A model generated the notes under the pieces. That model searched no databases and was not told the origin of the DNA. It saw only the letters and a program-made list of their open reading frames with translations. A stretch of 64,000 nucleotides of DNA. It comes from Yuukianura sp. NJ FZ-2021. Its lineage: Eukaryota. Of the stretch, positions 49,600 to 63,411 are shown piece by piece. The DNA lies in the NCBI GenBank assembly GCA_046563655.1, contig CM102283.1:4650001-4714000 (forward strand), read 5' to 3'. Positions within the stretch are counted from its first letter, which is position 1; each line of letters opens with the position of its first letter. The position numbers were made by a program, and so were the translations under genes.

Positions 49600-52500
49600 T
49601 CACTTCCCAAAGAAGAATGACTTGAATTTGGACTTCTTCTTCTGACTTTTCGTGGAACTTGACTCGCTTAACTCAGAACTCGAGCGTTCTGCTGGGCTAT
49701 TCGTGGAGGAAACTTGCACTGGAGAGAGACTGGAATTAGTTACAGGGACTGGCGCTAAGTACTGCACTGGCTGCTTAAAATGTCCTCCATTTGAACGCGC
49801 ATGAATCTGCATCGGAGTTGCAAATTCGAACTCTGCTGGAGTTGTCGGGGACTCCACCGGGAGTCCAAGCGGGATACTTCCAGTACTGAGGGAAGACGGA
49901 ATTCGATTGGGAACTTCCACTGTTATTTCTACCGGCTTTGTATCTTCCAGCGACCCGACTTCCCTCCTCTTCCTCTTCTTTTTCTGCTTTGTCTGTTGAG
50001 AACAAGAACGCTTGCGCTGATTCAGATGCAGCGAAGGCAGTTGGTTGCAGTCTGTGAATACTGAATCCTCACAGGCAGGTTCTTGTTCTGCGGGAGTAAA
50101 CACTGTATGCGAGGATTTAGTTCCACGTCGTCCATTCCACCAGAGGAAGATGGTCGATAGTATTTGAAGAAGCGATAGAATAAAGAATCCACTTCGTTGA
50201 AATTCCAGTCTCCAAATGACGTCCCTCAATGTGTCCAAATTCCGATTGAGCTTTCTTACTTCGTAACGCAGTGTGGACTCAAGATAGGCACATTTTGACC
50301 AAGAATCGTTTAAGCTTTTTCGAAATACTTCATGCGTAGCGTGCATCTCTTCACTTTGTCTTTTGAATCGTTGACTTAGTTCTTCCAAATAGCCTGAACT
50401 GAGAGACTGGTTTCTTTCTAAGGCTTTTATGCGATTGCTCAATCGGACGAAAACTGATTCTTTTTGTGCAGGCTCTTCGACTGGAGGTGGAGGAGTTGGG
50501 AATTGGAAATTTTGAGCTGAGCCGTTCTCTGGTTGTGTCTCGGAATCACTGGAATCGGAATTCGTTGCAGGTCGACGGTTTCCTTTTCCTTCGGCTTGTT
50601 CCTCTTCTTCACCAAAAGCATCTGATGCTGTTGAAGCTGGAGGCTGTAGAATTCCACTGCCGTCGGATATATTTGCGGTTGTGTTGGACGCTGCTTAGGA
50701 TGAAATTATCAACATTAGAAGTTGCCTCAAGACACTTATTTTTAACATTTATTGAAATGACATTTGTTAGAAAATTTTCAAACTTTACCTCCACTCAAGA
50801 ATAAGTTTTCGTTTTCATGCGTCTTCTGGCACATCCCGAGTGGGTGGTTGAAGTGGCAAATGGTAGGAATTATAATTGGTCCGTAGATAGCAACCAAAAA
50901 GGCTTCTGACATCCACGGACTGCCTAGTGAGTTGAATTCTAGAAATTGGTGACACTCGTCCCACCCACACCATCTCAGTAGTTGGTTTGCAAACTCAAGT
51001 TCTTTTCGCCTGCAAGAAAGGAATTGGTAGATGGTTGCCTTGGACTCTGACTCAGGCAGACATTGCCAAAGACTCATACACGGCGACGTTGGCTCAACTT
51101 CCTTCTGGTAATCCGTTCTTTCTTCTTCAGCTTTTGGGTCGAACTCTATTACCAAAACAAAATTTTAAAATTCAGTTTGGGAATGTATTTTAGCTTAGAA
51201 GAGGTGACAGAACTAACTAAAAAGATTTTGAATGTGGTTACCTAAACCTTCAAAACGATACGTAAAACGCCGACGTGCGACGAGAAGTGAAAGAAGAAAT
51301 GCAAGACATGACTCACTTTTGTTGACAAGGACGTCTGCAGCCTTCTTCACCATGTTCATGACCACCGCGGTGGCCGTGCCAAGGACAGATTTTTCAACAG
51401 GCACGTCGTCAATCACTTCTTCCTCGATTATTCCAGGTATTTCTGCGTCCATGTCTTGCGCATGCGTTGTTTCAGATTCGAGTACTTCGTACCTAAAAAA
51501 ACAAGTTCGAATTACACACAACACAGTCAAAAGCGAACTATAAACACAATGTTGCAAATTACGAAATTATGAATCAAGCCTTACTCGCTTCGTCCATACA
51601 CCTTGATGAGGGACAACGGGCAGTAATGTTCATTTCCATGGCTGGATTTCACAACTATTCTCAAGTATTTTCCAAAAGTAGAGTTGTTTGGTGGCAAGTG
51701 AAACGAATGGAGATTTCGTGAGTCGGGAGCAAAGTAGGGTCCGAACACGATCCAATCCCGAGTCGGGTATCGATCGCTCACGCCCACTTCGAATTCGTGA
51801 GGATTCGAAGAAAAGAGTTCAAGGTTTCCGAGCGTGAGACTCTCAATCGTCAGCGGCTCGCAAAGCTCCAAGATGAACCAAACATTAGCTGTACATCTAA
51901 AATCAAATGTCAAGAAAAAATTTAAATTCCCTATGCAATGGATACGTGATCATGATCTGAAAAGCTTGTAATTACAATGTACCGATTGAGCATGTATTCA
52001 TCATGGCTAGAACTGATCACACCGCTAGGATTTTGTGCCTCTTGATTGGAATTGATGACTTTAGCACCACAGTCGGGAGAAGCAAAGTTTTTCCCCTCAA
52101 CAACTGATGACTTGTTCTTGATACTGTTGATAATAGACTCTTTCCGTTGAGCAAGCTGAAGCCTCGTCCATTCACTAAACGAAGGAATCGAATCCTCAGA
52201 CTTGTTTACATCAGCAGGAACGGGAGTTTTATTTCTTTGTTCCTCCCCAGGTTTCGACACTTCTTCGGTCACCGGCGAAATAGTATCTGAAGACGACAAA
52301 AGAGGAGCAATACCTTCCGGAATGTGAGCAGTATCATCAATTGTTTCTACAACTTCACTGCCAGAAACTGGCATCGCTTCGGTGACTGGAACATTTTTTT
52401 CTTGATTTTCTTGATCTTTCAACAAATCATCTGCACCTTCCAGCTCTTCCTGTGCAGCAGTTACCTGCACAACGGGTTCAAGGCCTAGGAATGTAGACGT

Positions 52501-52763
52501 AGGTGTTGTAGTAGTACTAGTAGTAGTGACAACTTCCTCTTCTTGTTGTCGTACTCTTAGAACAGTTTCTGTGCCAGTATCCGGAATGTTGTCAACGGAA
52601 TTGTCTTCCTCTTCTGGTTTTGGGTCTTCTGCGTTTTGATCCTTGGGCGATGGCGAGGAGAACCTAAAAATAAAATAAAAATTGTCATCCAGGTCAACTT
52701 GTTTCACTTTAAATTGCTAACGTACAGAAACAAAATCAGTACGATGCTAATTGAGCTTCTCAT
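49600..52763 (-). CDS. SUCO: SUN-domain-containing ossification factor (mid-SUN, Slp1/SUCO family); multi-exon
   Basis: Signal peptide [41 protein letters not shown]...[49 protein letters not shown] and a TM helix. Confidence 0.95.
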
Positions 52764-53439
52764 TTCCTCTTGTGAAATTCCGGTAAGATTGTGAGGGAGA
52801 AGACACTTTTATAATTTGATGTAATAATAATTGGGACTTCTTGGGATGAGACCTGAAAACAGAAATTAAAACAAAATAAGCTAGAGGCTAATCGAAAATC
52901 GTTTTCCGTTTTAGTTTATACAAGGCGTAATTCCAATCTGAATGAACATTGGAAGGACGAAACAGATCAGTCGGCGTTCAACTCACATCAATTCTGAAGT
53001 TGAACAATTAATTACCTTTACTTTAGTTAAACAGCCACATCCCGGTTGCTGAAATTGAAACGTAAAAATTCAACCACGGAGTCAGTGACTAGACAAACGG
53101 CGTAACAGTGGGAACAGAAGATAATGAATAATCGAATCAATTTGGCATATCCCAGAACCATGTACCAATACGTTGTTTATCTCTTGCGGCTGTCTTGTGT
53201 CTTCTTCGTTGTCCGTGGCCCGTGGCTTTTGAGGCTGGACTTTTCGTTTAACTACCAACGTACTTTCCAATTGCCAATTCTGAATGACTCAGAGCACGAG
53301 TAAGTAAGAATGAAAGAGAGGAGGCGATGAGGGTGAGAGCCAGTCACTTAAACACAAGCAGTACTTTTGAAAAACCGATTTGTCGAGCGTGATCCGAAAT
53401 AGATTGAATTTTCACAAACTAACAACCTTATTTTTTTAG

Positions 53440-54642
53440 ATATTTGAGTACCGGCGACTCAATCTCATCAATTGCCACTGGGTTCAGTTTGGGTGATTCT
53501 ACCGTTCGTAGTATACTGTGGGAGACTACACGTGTGATCTGGGATGTGCTCAGCCCCGTTTACTTGAAAGTACATCAATTGTAGAACAAACATATAGCTT
53601 GGCTCCAAGCTTCACGTTTTTAGAATGAATAAGCTAATTTTAAATTATTCATTTTTCAGTGTCCAACCGAGCAGGAGTGGAATCGAATCGTAGATGATTT
53701 TGAAAATGATTGGAACTTTCCTAACTGCCTAGGAGCGATAGATGGGAAACACGTTATGATACAGGCTCCAAACAATTCCGGATCCCTTCACTTCAATTAC
53801 AAGGGTTTCTTCAGTACTGTGCTGCTAGCAACTTGTGATTCAAAGTACAGATTTACAACAGTGGATATCGGAGCTTGTGGTAGGCAAAGCGACGGGGGAA
53901 TATTCGCAAATTCATCTCTTGGACGACGATTAGAGGACGGTAAGTCAATTTAGATCTAAATTGATTTAGTTATTTAAAATATTTAAATATGACGCCATAT
54001 TGCAAATGATTTTAAATTTTGTACAGGTACATTACCGATCCCGGGAGATAGAAAAATTCAAGGGTCAACACTGGTTCAGCCTTGTACTTTCGTCGGGGAT
54101 GATGCCTTCGCTCTGTCGGCATTTATGATGCGACCATATCCTGGGAAAACCGCACCAGGAAGCAAGAAAAGAATTTTCAATTATCGACTATCTAGAGCAC
54201 GTCGTGTGATTGAAAATGTCTTCGGAATTCTTGCTAATCGGTTCCGGATCTACCGACGATGTGTGATTGCTAGTGCAGAGCATGTGAAACTTATCATTCA
54301 AGGTAAAATTTTTAGAATAGCGCTATTCTCTTCAAACATCAAATTTGATTCTAATTAATTCGCCCATAACTTATTTGTTTAGCAACCGTTGTACTACATA
54401 ACTTCCTGATGCAAGAGGACTGTACTTTGCCAGCCGAACGTCGGCAATATTGTCCGCCTGGTTATGTTGATCAAGACGATACCGATAACGGGGAATGGAG
54501 AATAGACGGAACGGTTTTAGGAAGTGTCTCGTATACAGGATCAAATAATTATACAAAAAGTGCCAAGTCAATGAGGGATGGACTCGCAGAGCACTTTATT
54601 ACAAGTGGAAGCGTTCCTTGGCAAAACGATCGGGCACTTTAA
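53440..54642 (+). CDS. PIF/Harbinger (HARBI1-like) DDE transposase, intron-containing, N-terminus missing
   Basis: YLSTGDS..., WNFPNCLGAIDGKHV, FNYKGFFS, GRQSDGGIF, FVGDDAF, FNYRLSRARRVIENVFGILANRF and LHNFL. Confidence 0.92.
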
Positions 54643-54679
54643 GTTAAAAAATAAATTTAGCATAGCTCTATGCTCTCTT

Positions 54680-55643
54680 CTAATCTTCTGTTGAATTATT
54701 TTCCATATCTTGAATTTCTATGTTTTGAATAACAGTCGGCCCACTAACTTCATAAAGCAATGTAGATATTTTCATTCTAACGTATGACGCAACTTGTGGT
54801 GTCATTTTTCTAAGTTCGTCAGCGACACTCAGCGCAAAGTGATAGTTAGAATCTTCGACTTGAGCAGACGTCTTCAAAAACTTGATGATTGCTTTATCCA
54901 TTTCTTCTCCAGGACGCTTCTTGTTCCTACTTCGGGAATAAGTACCATCAACAGCACTTGGAGTAACATGAGTGGTTTCAGTAGATTGTTGAATTATGAC
55001 CTATACAAATCAAATGCATTCATTAAAAAAAATAGCATGGCGCCATGCTGCTTTAAATAAGTTATTAAAGTAACTAAAGAATTTACTTGGTTCGCCAGAG
55101 ACATTTCATCTTCACCATCATTTGTAACTGAGACATCCGCTGCAGTCGTATTGTTTACATTACCGGTTGTCCTATGTTGAAATAGAAACTAAAATGACTC
55201 ATCAATAACAACTTTGGAATATGAGCTTACTGTGTTTGGATATTGTAGTCATCCAGGAATTGCAAGGCACTAAAGTACTCCCAACTTTCAATCCTCTTTC
55301 TGGCCTGTCCAGTTTTACCAATTAATTGTTTCTTCTTCTTCCCGTACAAATCCCGCAGTTTCTTCCACTCAGCCTTGCACCAAAGTTCTATAAATTAAAC
55401 AGTGAAAATTCGTTTAGTACATGCATTCCATGACCCTAGCATAGATCTATGCTTACCTGGCTTAGCGATTTCATTAGCGACGGCAGCCCAAGCACTCTCA
55501 CGAAGAAACCGATTTCTGTTAGAGTTACTGGATGGGTTATACAATATAACTCTGACTTTTACAGCACTAATTAAATCCTCTCTAGATTCAGTAGTATCTT
55601 CAAATGTCAGAGGTGAGAAAGCCTCATCCTGACTGTCCTCCAT
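54680..55643 (-). CDS. MADF (Myb/SANT-like)-BESS DNA-binding protein, second gene of the Harbinger element
   Basis: LISAVKVRVILYN...RESAWAAVANE...EWKKLRDLY and a C-terminal BESS-like HFALSVADELRKMTPQVASYVRMKISTLLYE. It converges on the transposase gene. Confidence 0.85.
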
Positions 55644-57313
55644 AGTTAAATTTACTACAGCAAAATTAACTTTAATTAAAAGAGAAGCGCTTCTCTCTAC
55701 AGAAAACAAAATAAAACAGATGATCAACTTCTTTTCGGTTATCCGGTGTGCGGTATGCTCAGAAAAAGTGGAGCCGACAACTTTCGTCTCGGAAGTTGAA
55801 AAAGTTCAACTTTCCGAAACGACAAGATTCTGGCCGCCGACAGGGATTCGCCTGCCGGTGTGCTGGTTGCGACGACGAAAGTGAAAAGAAAAATTCTTCT
55901 CACTTTCGTCTGACGAAAGTTGTCGCGCGACTTGACTCCCGGTGTGCGGGTGTCATGAGTCAAAGTGAGACGAAACTTTTCGTCCCACTTTCTGAGACGA
56001 AAGTTGTCGTCTCACTTTTTGGGCAGTGTGCTGGCCCAAAGTCAGACGAAAAAGTGGCGACGACAGTCGGCGGCTGTCGTCTCACTTTGGTGAGCGGGGC
56101 GCTTTAGAACAAGAACAAGATTACAAACACAAGATAGATGCAGGAGTCCTGCAGCAGGACCGTAATCCTAATCTGCATACGGAATTCATGATGTATTTAA
56201 GTGTTTCCCGCCAACCTATTTTACACTTACGTGTAAAACACTGAAACACTGACACGCTCAACTACCAACTTGTCTTTAGCTATGAATTGTAATTTTAATT
56301 TAAAATCTAACTAAAACTAAACCCATTTTAGAAGTTGGTGGGTGGGGGAGGGGCGTGGAGGGAGGAAGACGGAAATATTTATTTATACCAGGCGAGTTGA
56401 TTTTTTTTTAAAAAAAAAATTAAAATCATGATTTTATATTTAGTCAAGGTTTTTTTTAAATGGAAATCAAGTACACAATTTTGGACGTCTCGGTCCTACT
56501 CCTACAAAACTAAAAATAAAGTTCACAGCAAGTATTCATTGGTATCAATTTTTACGCATAATTTTTTACATTTAAAAAAGTTGTAATTTATAAATGACAT
56601 TTCAGCATTTCCTTAGAGTTATTTTAATAGCAATATCAAAATTCGCAAATTAAAAACGATAAACTGCTGAGTTTTTAAGAAAAATTGCTTAAATTGGGCG
56701 AAAATAAATAAATAAATGAATAAATCAAGCTTCTGTTTGCTTATGAATAAATGTTGTTTCGTGCAAAAATATTAAAAAGATATTGAATTCGAGTTGTTTA
56801 TGATGTTTTACGGATTTCTTCCAAAAAAAAATTATTTCGATCTACTACGCCGTGTATAACAATAGAGGAAGGGAACGGACGGACGAAGGTATCGAGCAAG
56901 AAATATTTTCAGTTTGTTTATGAAATTACCAACTACTAATTAAGAATTATGAAAGTTTTGACAAAGACTTGAAATTGAAGTTACAACTTCAATTTAGTGC
57001 TTAAATTTAATAATTTTGTTAATTTCTGATTTACAAACCATGCAAATCTAGTGCATATTTATTGTAAATTGTTACCCTTTGAAATGTACTTGCGTAAATT
57101 CTGAAATCCAAACCAACTAACCTAACTTTTTTTGTTGGTGTAATAGAAGCCCAAAATTTTTGTATGGATTCTAAGAAAAACAAAATCTCCATTGATTAGT
57201 ATATTTCAAAATCGGTTAGAAGAAGCCATTTAAATGCCATATTTTTAATACTGTTTTCAACGTTTAGTCTCACTGCTTAAGTTGTGCCGTTGGAGTTGGT
57301 CCTTTCTTCTTTT

Positions 57314-60300
57314 ATGATGACATCAGTTTTTCACGTAAGACCAAAATTTTTCTGAAACAAAACTTTTTTTTTCTACAATTTGAGTTTTGTAACACCCTTT
57401 TATATTTAATTTCTCAGGTTAGTGTTTGCGATTTTGTGCTGAAAATCAGCTTAGTAGCAGCCCTGATATTAGTTATAATTTATTCTGCCCAAACTGGATC
57501 CTCTTCGCTCATTGTTGGAACTGAAGTGGAGTCTCATCCGCCATGTTCCTTCAACCCACTTTGTCTTTGTTCCAATCCTGGTCCAATGGATTTGGGCATT
57601 GTGTCATGTCATGGAATTGACCTAGGACGGGTCCCGCTCAACACAAGCAGAGCTTTTGTCTTGTCCTTGACAAGAAATCAGTTGGGAGTGCTTCAAAACA
57701 AGCAGCTTGTGGGAGCAGGTTAGATAATAATTCTGGAAAATTCTAAAAATTGTTAAGCGTTTTTTAAAATTCTTTATTTTGTATTGGTTTTAGGACTTTG
57801 GCGTTTAGAAATCCGTCATAATAGACTCGCCTCGTTAGAAGACGAGTCTTTAATTGGATTGGAGAAGTCACTTTGGGAACTTGATTTACAGAACAACGAA
57901 CTTACTTCGGTTCCTACCAATGCTATCAAAGATTTGCAGAAACTCAAATCGCTCGACCTTAGTGGTACTAGCTAAAATGATAATATTTGAATGTTTCGGG
58001 AATTCAAGCTTATTTGATTTTCCCAAGAAAAACTCGATTTTGCTTATATTTGTTAAACAGGAAACCAAATTTCTGACGTCGATTCCAGCAACTTTCAGTG
58101 TTTCTTTGAAGCGACATTGTCGTGGCTCAATGTCGCCGGGAATTTGCTCGTTCACGTTCCGGAAGTAATCGATTCGTACAGTTGAAAGTTTTTATACTAA
58201 CAGTTTGTTAGATGACATAGATAAATTCCGAATCTGAACATTTTTAGGAAGCTTTTGTTTATTTGTCCAACCTCGAATATTTGGATCTCAGCGACAACAG
58301 CCTCAAATCAGTTGGAAATTCAGCCTTTCCTCAAAGCATTGTAACACTATTACTTTCCGGAAATCTGTTGAGATCGATTCCATTCCAGAGTCTTCAAGGA
58401 TTGGATTTAGAACTTCTGGATTTATCCAGGAATCTTATACAACTTAATCACGAAGAAGCAACTATTGAAGGACAAATCAAAATTAAAGAACTCAGACTAG
58501 ATGGGAATCAAATCATGACACTGGAAACATGGACATTTGAGCAAATTGAAGATCTGTCATCGCTCTCTCTTCGTTACAATCCAATTGAAACAATTGGACC
58601 AAACTTTTTACAAAATTTCGAAAGTCTGAAAAATCTGGATGTGTCTCATTGTTTCATTTCAAGTATCGACATAACTGCTTTTCAACGATTGCTGCCATTT
58701 CCTCTTCTACGTTTGAACCTTGGATACAACAATGTTTCAACAGTTCCGCTTGGAGATTTCGTTGAATTGAATTTCGACCAAAACGAAAACGTTGACGAAA
58801 CGACATTGTTCGAGCAGATTAATGGGCAATCGCTGCAGACGCTCAGCGCCATTGGAAAAACGGTTCACCTAGCATCGATTCCAGAACTTAAAAATTTACG
58901 AAGTTTTAATGGTAATGTTCATCTGCCAAGAGATACTGTGGATTCAGACGTTTTTCGAAAACTCCCTCCCACTTTGGTTGAACTTCGACTTTCCAGAAGC
59001 AGGATCGTTTCAATCAAGAACAATACTTTCCAGTACACACCGAATCTTAAAGTCATTGACCTTTCTTACAACCGAATTCATCTAATTGGCAGTGCAGTAT
59101 TCTCCATCGTTGGGCACTCCTTACTAAAATTGAACCTCAACTCTGCTCTGCGCATGAGCAGTCTTCCGTCGCTCATTTTCGAAAAGTTGACTCACCTTCA
59201 AGAACTTGACCTCAGCGGAAACCGACTTGAATCTCTGCCACATGATTCTTTTCTGAAAAACAAACAATTGAAATTTCTGAATCTACGATTCAACAAGTTA
59301 AGTCAAATCGACTCTCGTCTGTTCCGATCGCTTCAGCGGCTCCAGCGTCTTTTTTTGTCGTTCAATCCGCTCACAGCCATTAAGTCCAAGACGTTTAATC
59401 GGCTAAATGATCTGGAAATCCTTGAACTCAATGAAAATCTGTTGGAGAGTTTGGAGGCGGAAGCGTTTTCGGATTTGACAAATGTTCAAGTTTTGAATTT
59501 GGCGGGGAATTGGCTTGAAACTCTCCAAGATGACACTTTTCAAAATTTACCAAAATTGAGATTGTTGGATCTGTCGTACAATAGATTAATTGGATTCAAT
59601 CCAAACGCTTTTGATCAAATTGGGACACTGTCACATTTGAAAGTTGACGTCAGTCATAACAACATTTCGGCTCTGACCTTGACCTCAACTGATAGTAAAA
59701 ATTCTGGAGGTCACGACAATATACCAACAATGGTGAGACAGATGAGTCGAATTTTTTGAAATTCCAAAATCGAAACTTTGAACCCTCCTTTTTTTGCTTT
59801 TTAGGAAATATTCATGTCATCTGCTTCCATCGAGTCAACTGATTTCAGTTGTAACAATATTTCAGAAATTGGTGACAATTTTTTCAGTTCATTTGGAAAG
59901 ATGCTGCTGGATGTCGATCTCTCGAAGAACAGCCTGAATCATTTATCTAAATCACATTTCACTGGGCTGGAATTCATCCAGCGTCTAAATCTAGGGCAGA
60001 ATTTACTGCAGAATGTGGATTACGATACGTTTGAACAACTCGGAAAACTGCAAGTTCTCTTTCTGGAAAACAATAGACTTCGTGACATTCCGCCTGATCT
60101 ATTCGAGCATTCCTTGAATCTCAGAATTCTTTCGCTTCGAGGAAACCGAATTCGGAATCTAGCTGATTCGGTTTTCAAAAATACGAAATTGGAACATTTG
60201 GATATCGGAGGCAATTTGCTTCTAAGGTTTCCAGAAGTTCAACTTAGAAGTGTTTCGACAACATTAGCTCGACTCGATATTTCAAACAACAACATTTCCA

Positions 60301-62481
60301 GTGTCGCTTCAATTAAGTTAAACAAACTCAAGTGGCTGTCGCTGTCAAACAACCGAATTTCGGCAATTGGACATGAAACTTTTGACTTCCTTGAGCAACT
60401 GCAATATCTCGTAAGTTTTACAAACTACACTGAACAAAAGTTTCAAATGCAAATTAATTTTGAAAATTTTGGATTTGTTTTTAAGGATTTATCTGCAAAC
60501 CAACTGCATAGAATTGATGTCCGTTGGTTTCAAAATCTTAGAAGTCATCTGCTTCATCTTAACATTTCAAATTTGGGCTTGACGAATTTACCAAATTTTG
60601 AATCTTTTGGAAAACTTTTGACATTCAACATATCTGACAATTTCATTGAAAATCTTCCAAAAAATTTTGGAATTAATATGTCTACACTAAGGACTTTGGA
60701 TATTTCCAACAATGAAATGACTGCTGCGCCGAATTCAGCGATTTGGCAATCAATTCCAAGACTCTGGCAAATTTCCATAAAAGGAAATCCAATCATAGTG
60801 TTGTCCAACGACAGTTTTGCTCAACTGGAAACGCTACAGCGTCTGGATATCTCTGAACTTCCGCTGGAAATCCTAGAAGTTAGTCGTGGAAGTGAAAAAT
60901 ATTGGAAAAGATTCTAAAGAATTTGGTTGTTTCCAAATTTTGATTTCAAATATTTGAGTTTATATAAAAACAAACTGTAAAATTAAAAATCTTTATGCTT
61001 TGTCGTTTTTTTATAGATTGGTTCTCTCTCACCGTTCGTAACATTGAAGGAACTCATAATGGGTCCACTGATGACAAGCTCGAAGGTAGTATCTCCAGCA
61101 GCACTTGTCCAAAACCTACAAAGTCTTCAATCGCTACATCTTAAGGTTAGTAAATCAAACATTTGCGACATTTACAAACAGTGCTGATTAATATTTAAGC
61201 ATTCGTAAGACCTTTACCCAGAGATTTCAAAATATCTAGATGGACGTTTCAAGTCTAACTGAGGAACTGCGAATGCATCCTTTACCACCGAAGTTGGACA
61301 CGATTACTTTGTCTGGATTGGATTTAGTAAAGATTTCACCCGGGGCGTTGGAGGTAAACACCGTTGAAATACAATCTGTCATTATAAGTAGCGATGTGAG
61401 CTCTTTATAGTACCTATCGAGCTTGTCTGTCTGGCCGTCCGTCCGACGATGGTCACAATTATATCGGAAAGCCTGAACATTTCGTTCACCCCTGAAGGCC
61501 TTGTTAGTGACCCCGGTATGTTCAGTGAATAACTATCAACCCGGTTGGTCCACTCTTCTGGGTCAAAGTTCAAAGGTCAAGGTCAAGGTCAAGCGGTTTC
61601 ATCTCCGACATGTAAATTGGCGTGTAAAAGCAAACCTTTTGTGCACTTTATGTGACCTTAGCAATTTCCCTCCTGCCAGGTCAGGGTTCAAACCGGTATG
61701 CAAGGGTATTTTCAATTAATTTCACTTTTTCCAGTTAAATTTTTTCCGTTTTTTATTTACTATTTATTTCAATTTCCTTCACTGAAACGAAAAAAAAAAA
61801 TTCCCGACCCTGAAATACAACACTGGGTTACGTCTGTTGCTACTTACTTACATTGCGGTATACACCCGCTGTGTTTTGCATACCTAATTACATACAATCT
61901 TTTTGAAGGGTGTTAGCAATCGCTGGATGACTCTACGAATAAAGGACACTGGACTAGAAGAATTGCCAACAAAAATTGCCAGTCATCTCACAAGTTTTTC
62001 TGTTCAAAGCGACGGAACGAACCCAGTTCTAACTAAGATTGAAAATCCAAATCCAGGATTTGTTTCCAAACCACTCCACACTTTCCTAACAAATATCGAA
62101 TCCAGTTCAGAACTTCAATTGAGATGCACTTGTGATGAATCGGGGCAAGACTTTTTACTAATATTCAAACATTTTGCAGAGAGAAACCTCGGTAATTGTT
62201 TGTAATGTATTTGAAAATATTTAAGGTGGATTGAATTGTGGCTTCATGAATGGATGAATACAAACTGCATTCAGGGATCAAGAACTGAATCTGAAAGGTG
62301 CAACTCTATGTTGACCTTGATGCGTTCCGTGACCTGCGTGTCAGACGGATCTCCACGGAAGTCATTTTCGGAAGCCATTTTAACAGATTTGAAATGCGCG
62401 TGGGAAAATTCTGCGACCGAACTATCCACTATGTCGCACTTCTTCTTTTCAAGTTTCGTTTTGATGATGAATTTCGGTTAA
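57314..62481 (+). CDS. chp: Chaoptin-like extracellular leucine-rich-repeat protein; multi-exon
   Basis: Signal peptide, HPPCSFNPLCLCS...DLGIVSC, GLEKSLWEL, many LRRs, FSIVGHSL, FDQIGTLSHLKVDVSHN, an LRRCT and a hydrophobic GPI-like C-terminus. The first coding micro-exon 57314-57334 is inferred. Confidence 0.85.
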
Positions 62482-63411
62482 TAGCAGTGTTAGAAAACTA
62501 TCAACTTCAAACCTCAACTTTTTGCGCTGCTAAAACTTTTTTCAGTCTTTTTTTTTTTAAACTGAAAAAAAAAAAACATTTGTCTAAAAACGGTACTTTT
62601 CGTGGGAAGATGTCGTTTTTTTTTGACTTTGATGTCATACCTAAGAAATAAGAAATTAGGACCAATTTTGATTTTCTCGGATGTCAGGATTTTCTCCACT
62701 AGGAATTGGACTCCACAGCATTTTCTAATTAGGAATAGCCCTGCCCGTGTTTTTGTTAAAGTGTTTAACCCGGAAAACTTCCTCACATTATCAACAAATC
62801 TCCCCCCATATTTTGTATTCACATTCACACCAACAGGCGAATAGGCAAAAAAATTGGTGTATTTTTAGGAATCCGAGGAGTCAGGAGAGTAGTCATACCC
62901 TGATACAATTCTAATTTTAATTTCCAATTCAGAATCTTGGGACTCTTGTTGATTTCGGTGCATTTATAATTTAACATATTAAAACTAAAATATGTTCAAA
63001 ACTTAATTAAAGTGGGTATATCAGCTTTTTGGTTTTGTTTTTTTACTATAACCAGCGATTCATCAAATGCAGTGAGACCGATGTACCCTGTTCTATGCTG
63101 TTCGGCAGTTCTGAGATCCGGCACCATTTTATTCATAACAAAATTTAAGCAGTAGAAGAGTAAGAAAATAGAAAACTAACAGACTTGCCAAAATTTAACT
63201 CTCAAAATTGTGAACCGTATTCGTAAGTAAGACATAAATAAGTAGTAATTGCAAATACAATTACGAATTACACAAACCGTAGGTTTAGGTAATGATGTCC
63301 GTAATTTGGGTATCCAAATCTTACATTACAAATCATTACATATTTCAGACATTTATTTTATTTTTATAGAAAGGATACCGATGGTATTAGTCAAACCATC
63401 TGAACAATACG

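Larger units (their letters stand above)
53440..56106. mobile_element. Left-truncated PIF/Harbinger transposon
   Basis: Two-gene layout plus a subterminal repeat field (GACGAAAGT, CCGGTGTGC) at 55743-56100, ending ...GGTGAGCGGGGCGCTTTA. No matching left end was seen. Confidence 0.8.

Noticed and set aside
50609-50794. Apparent frameshift in SUCO
   Set aside because: Resolved by a phase-1 GT-AG intron (~50695-50788) that restores the frame.
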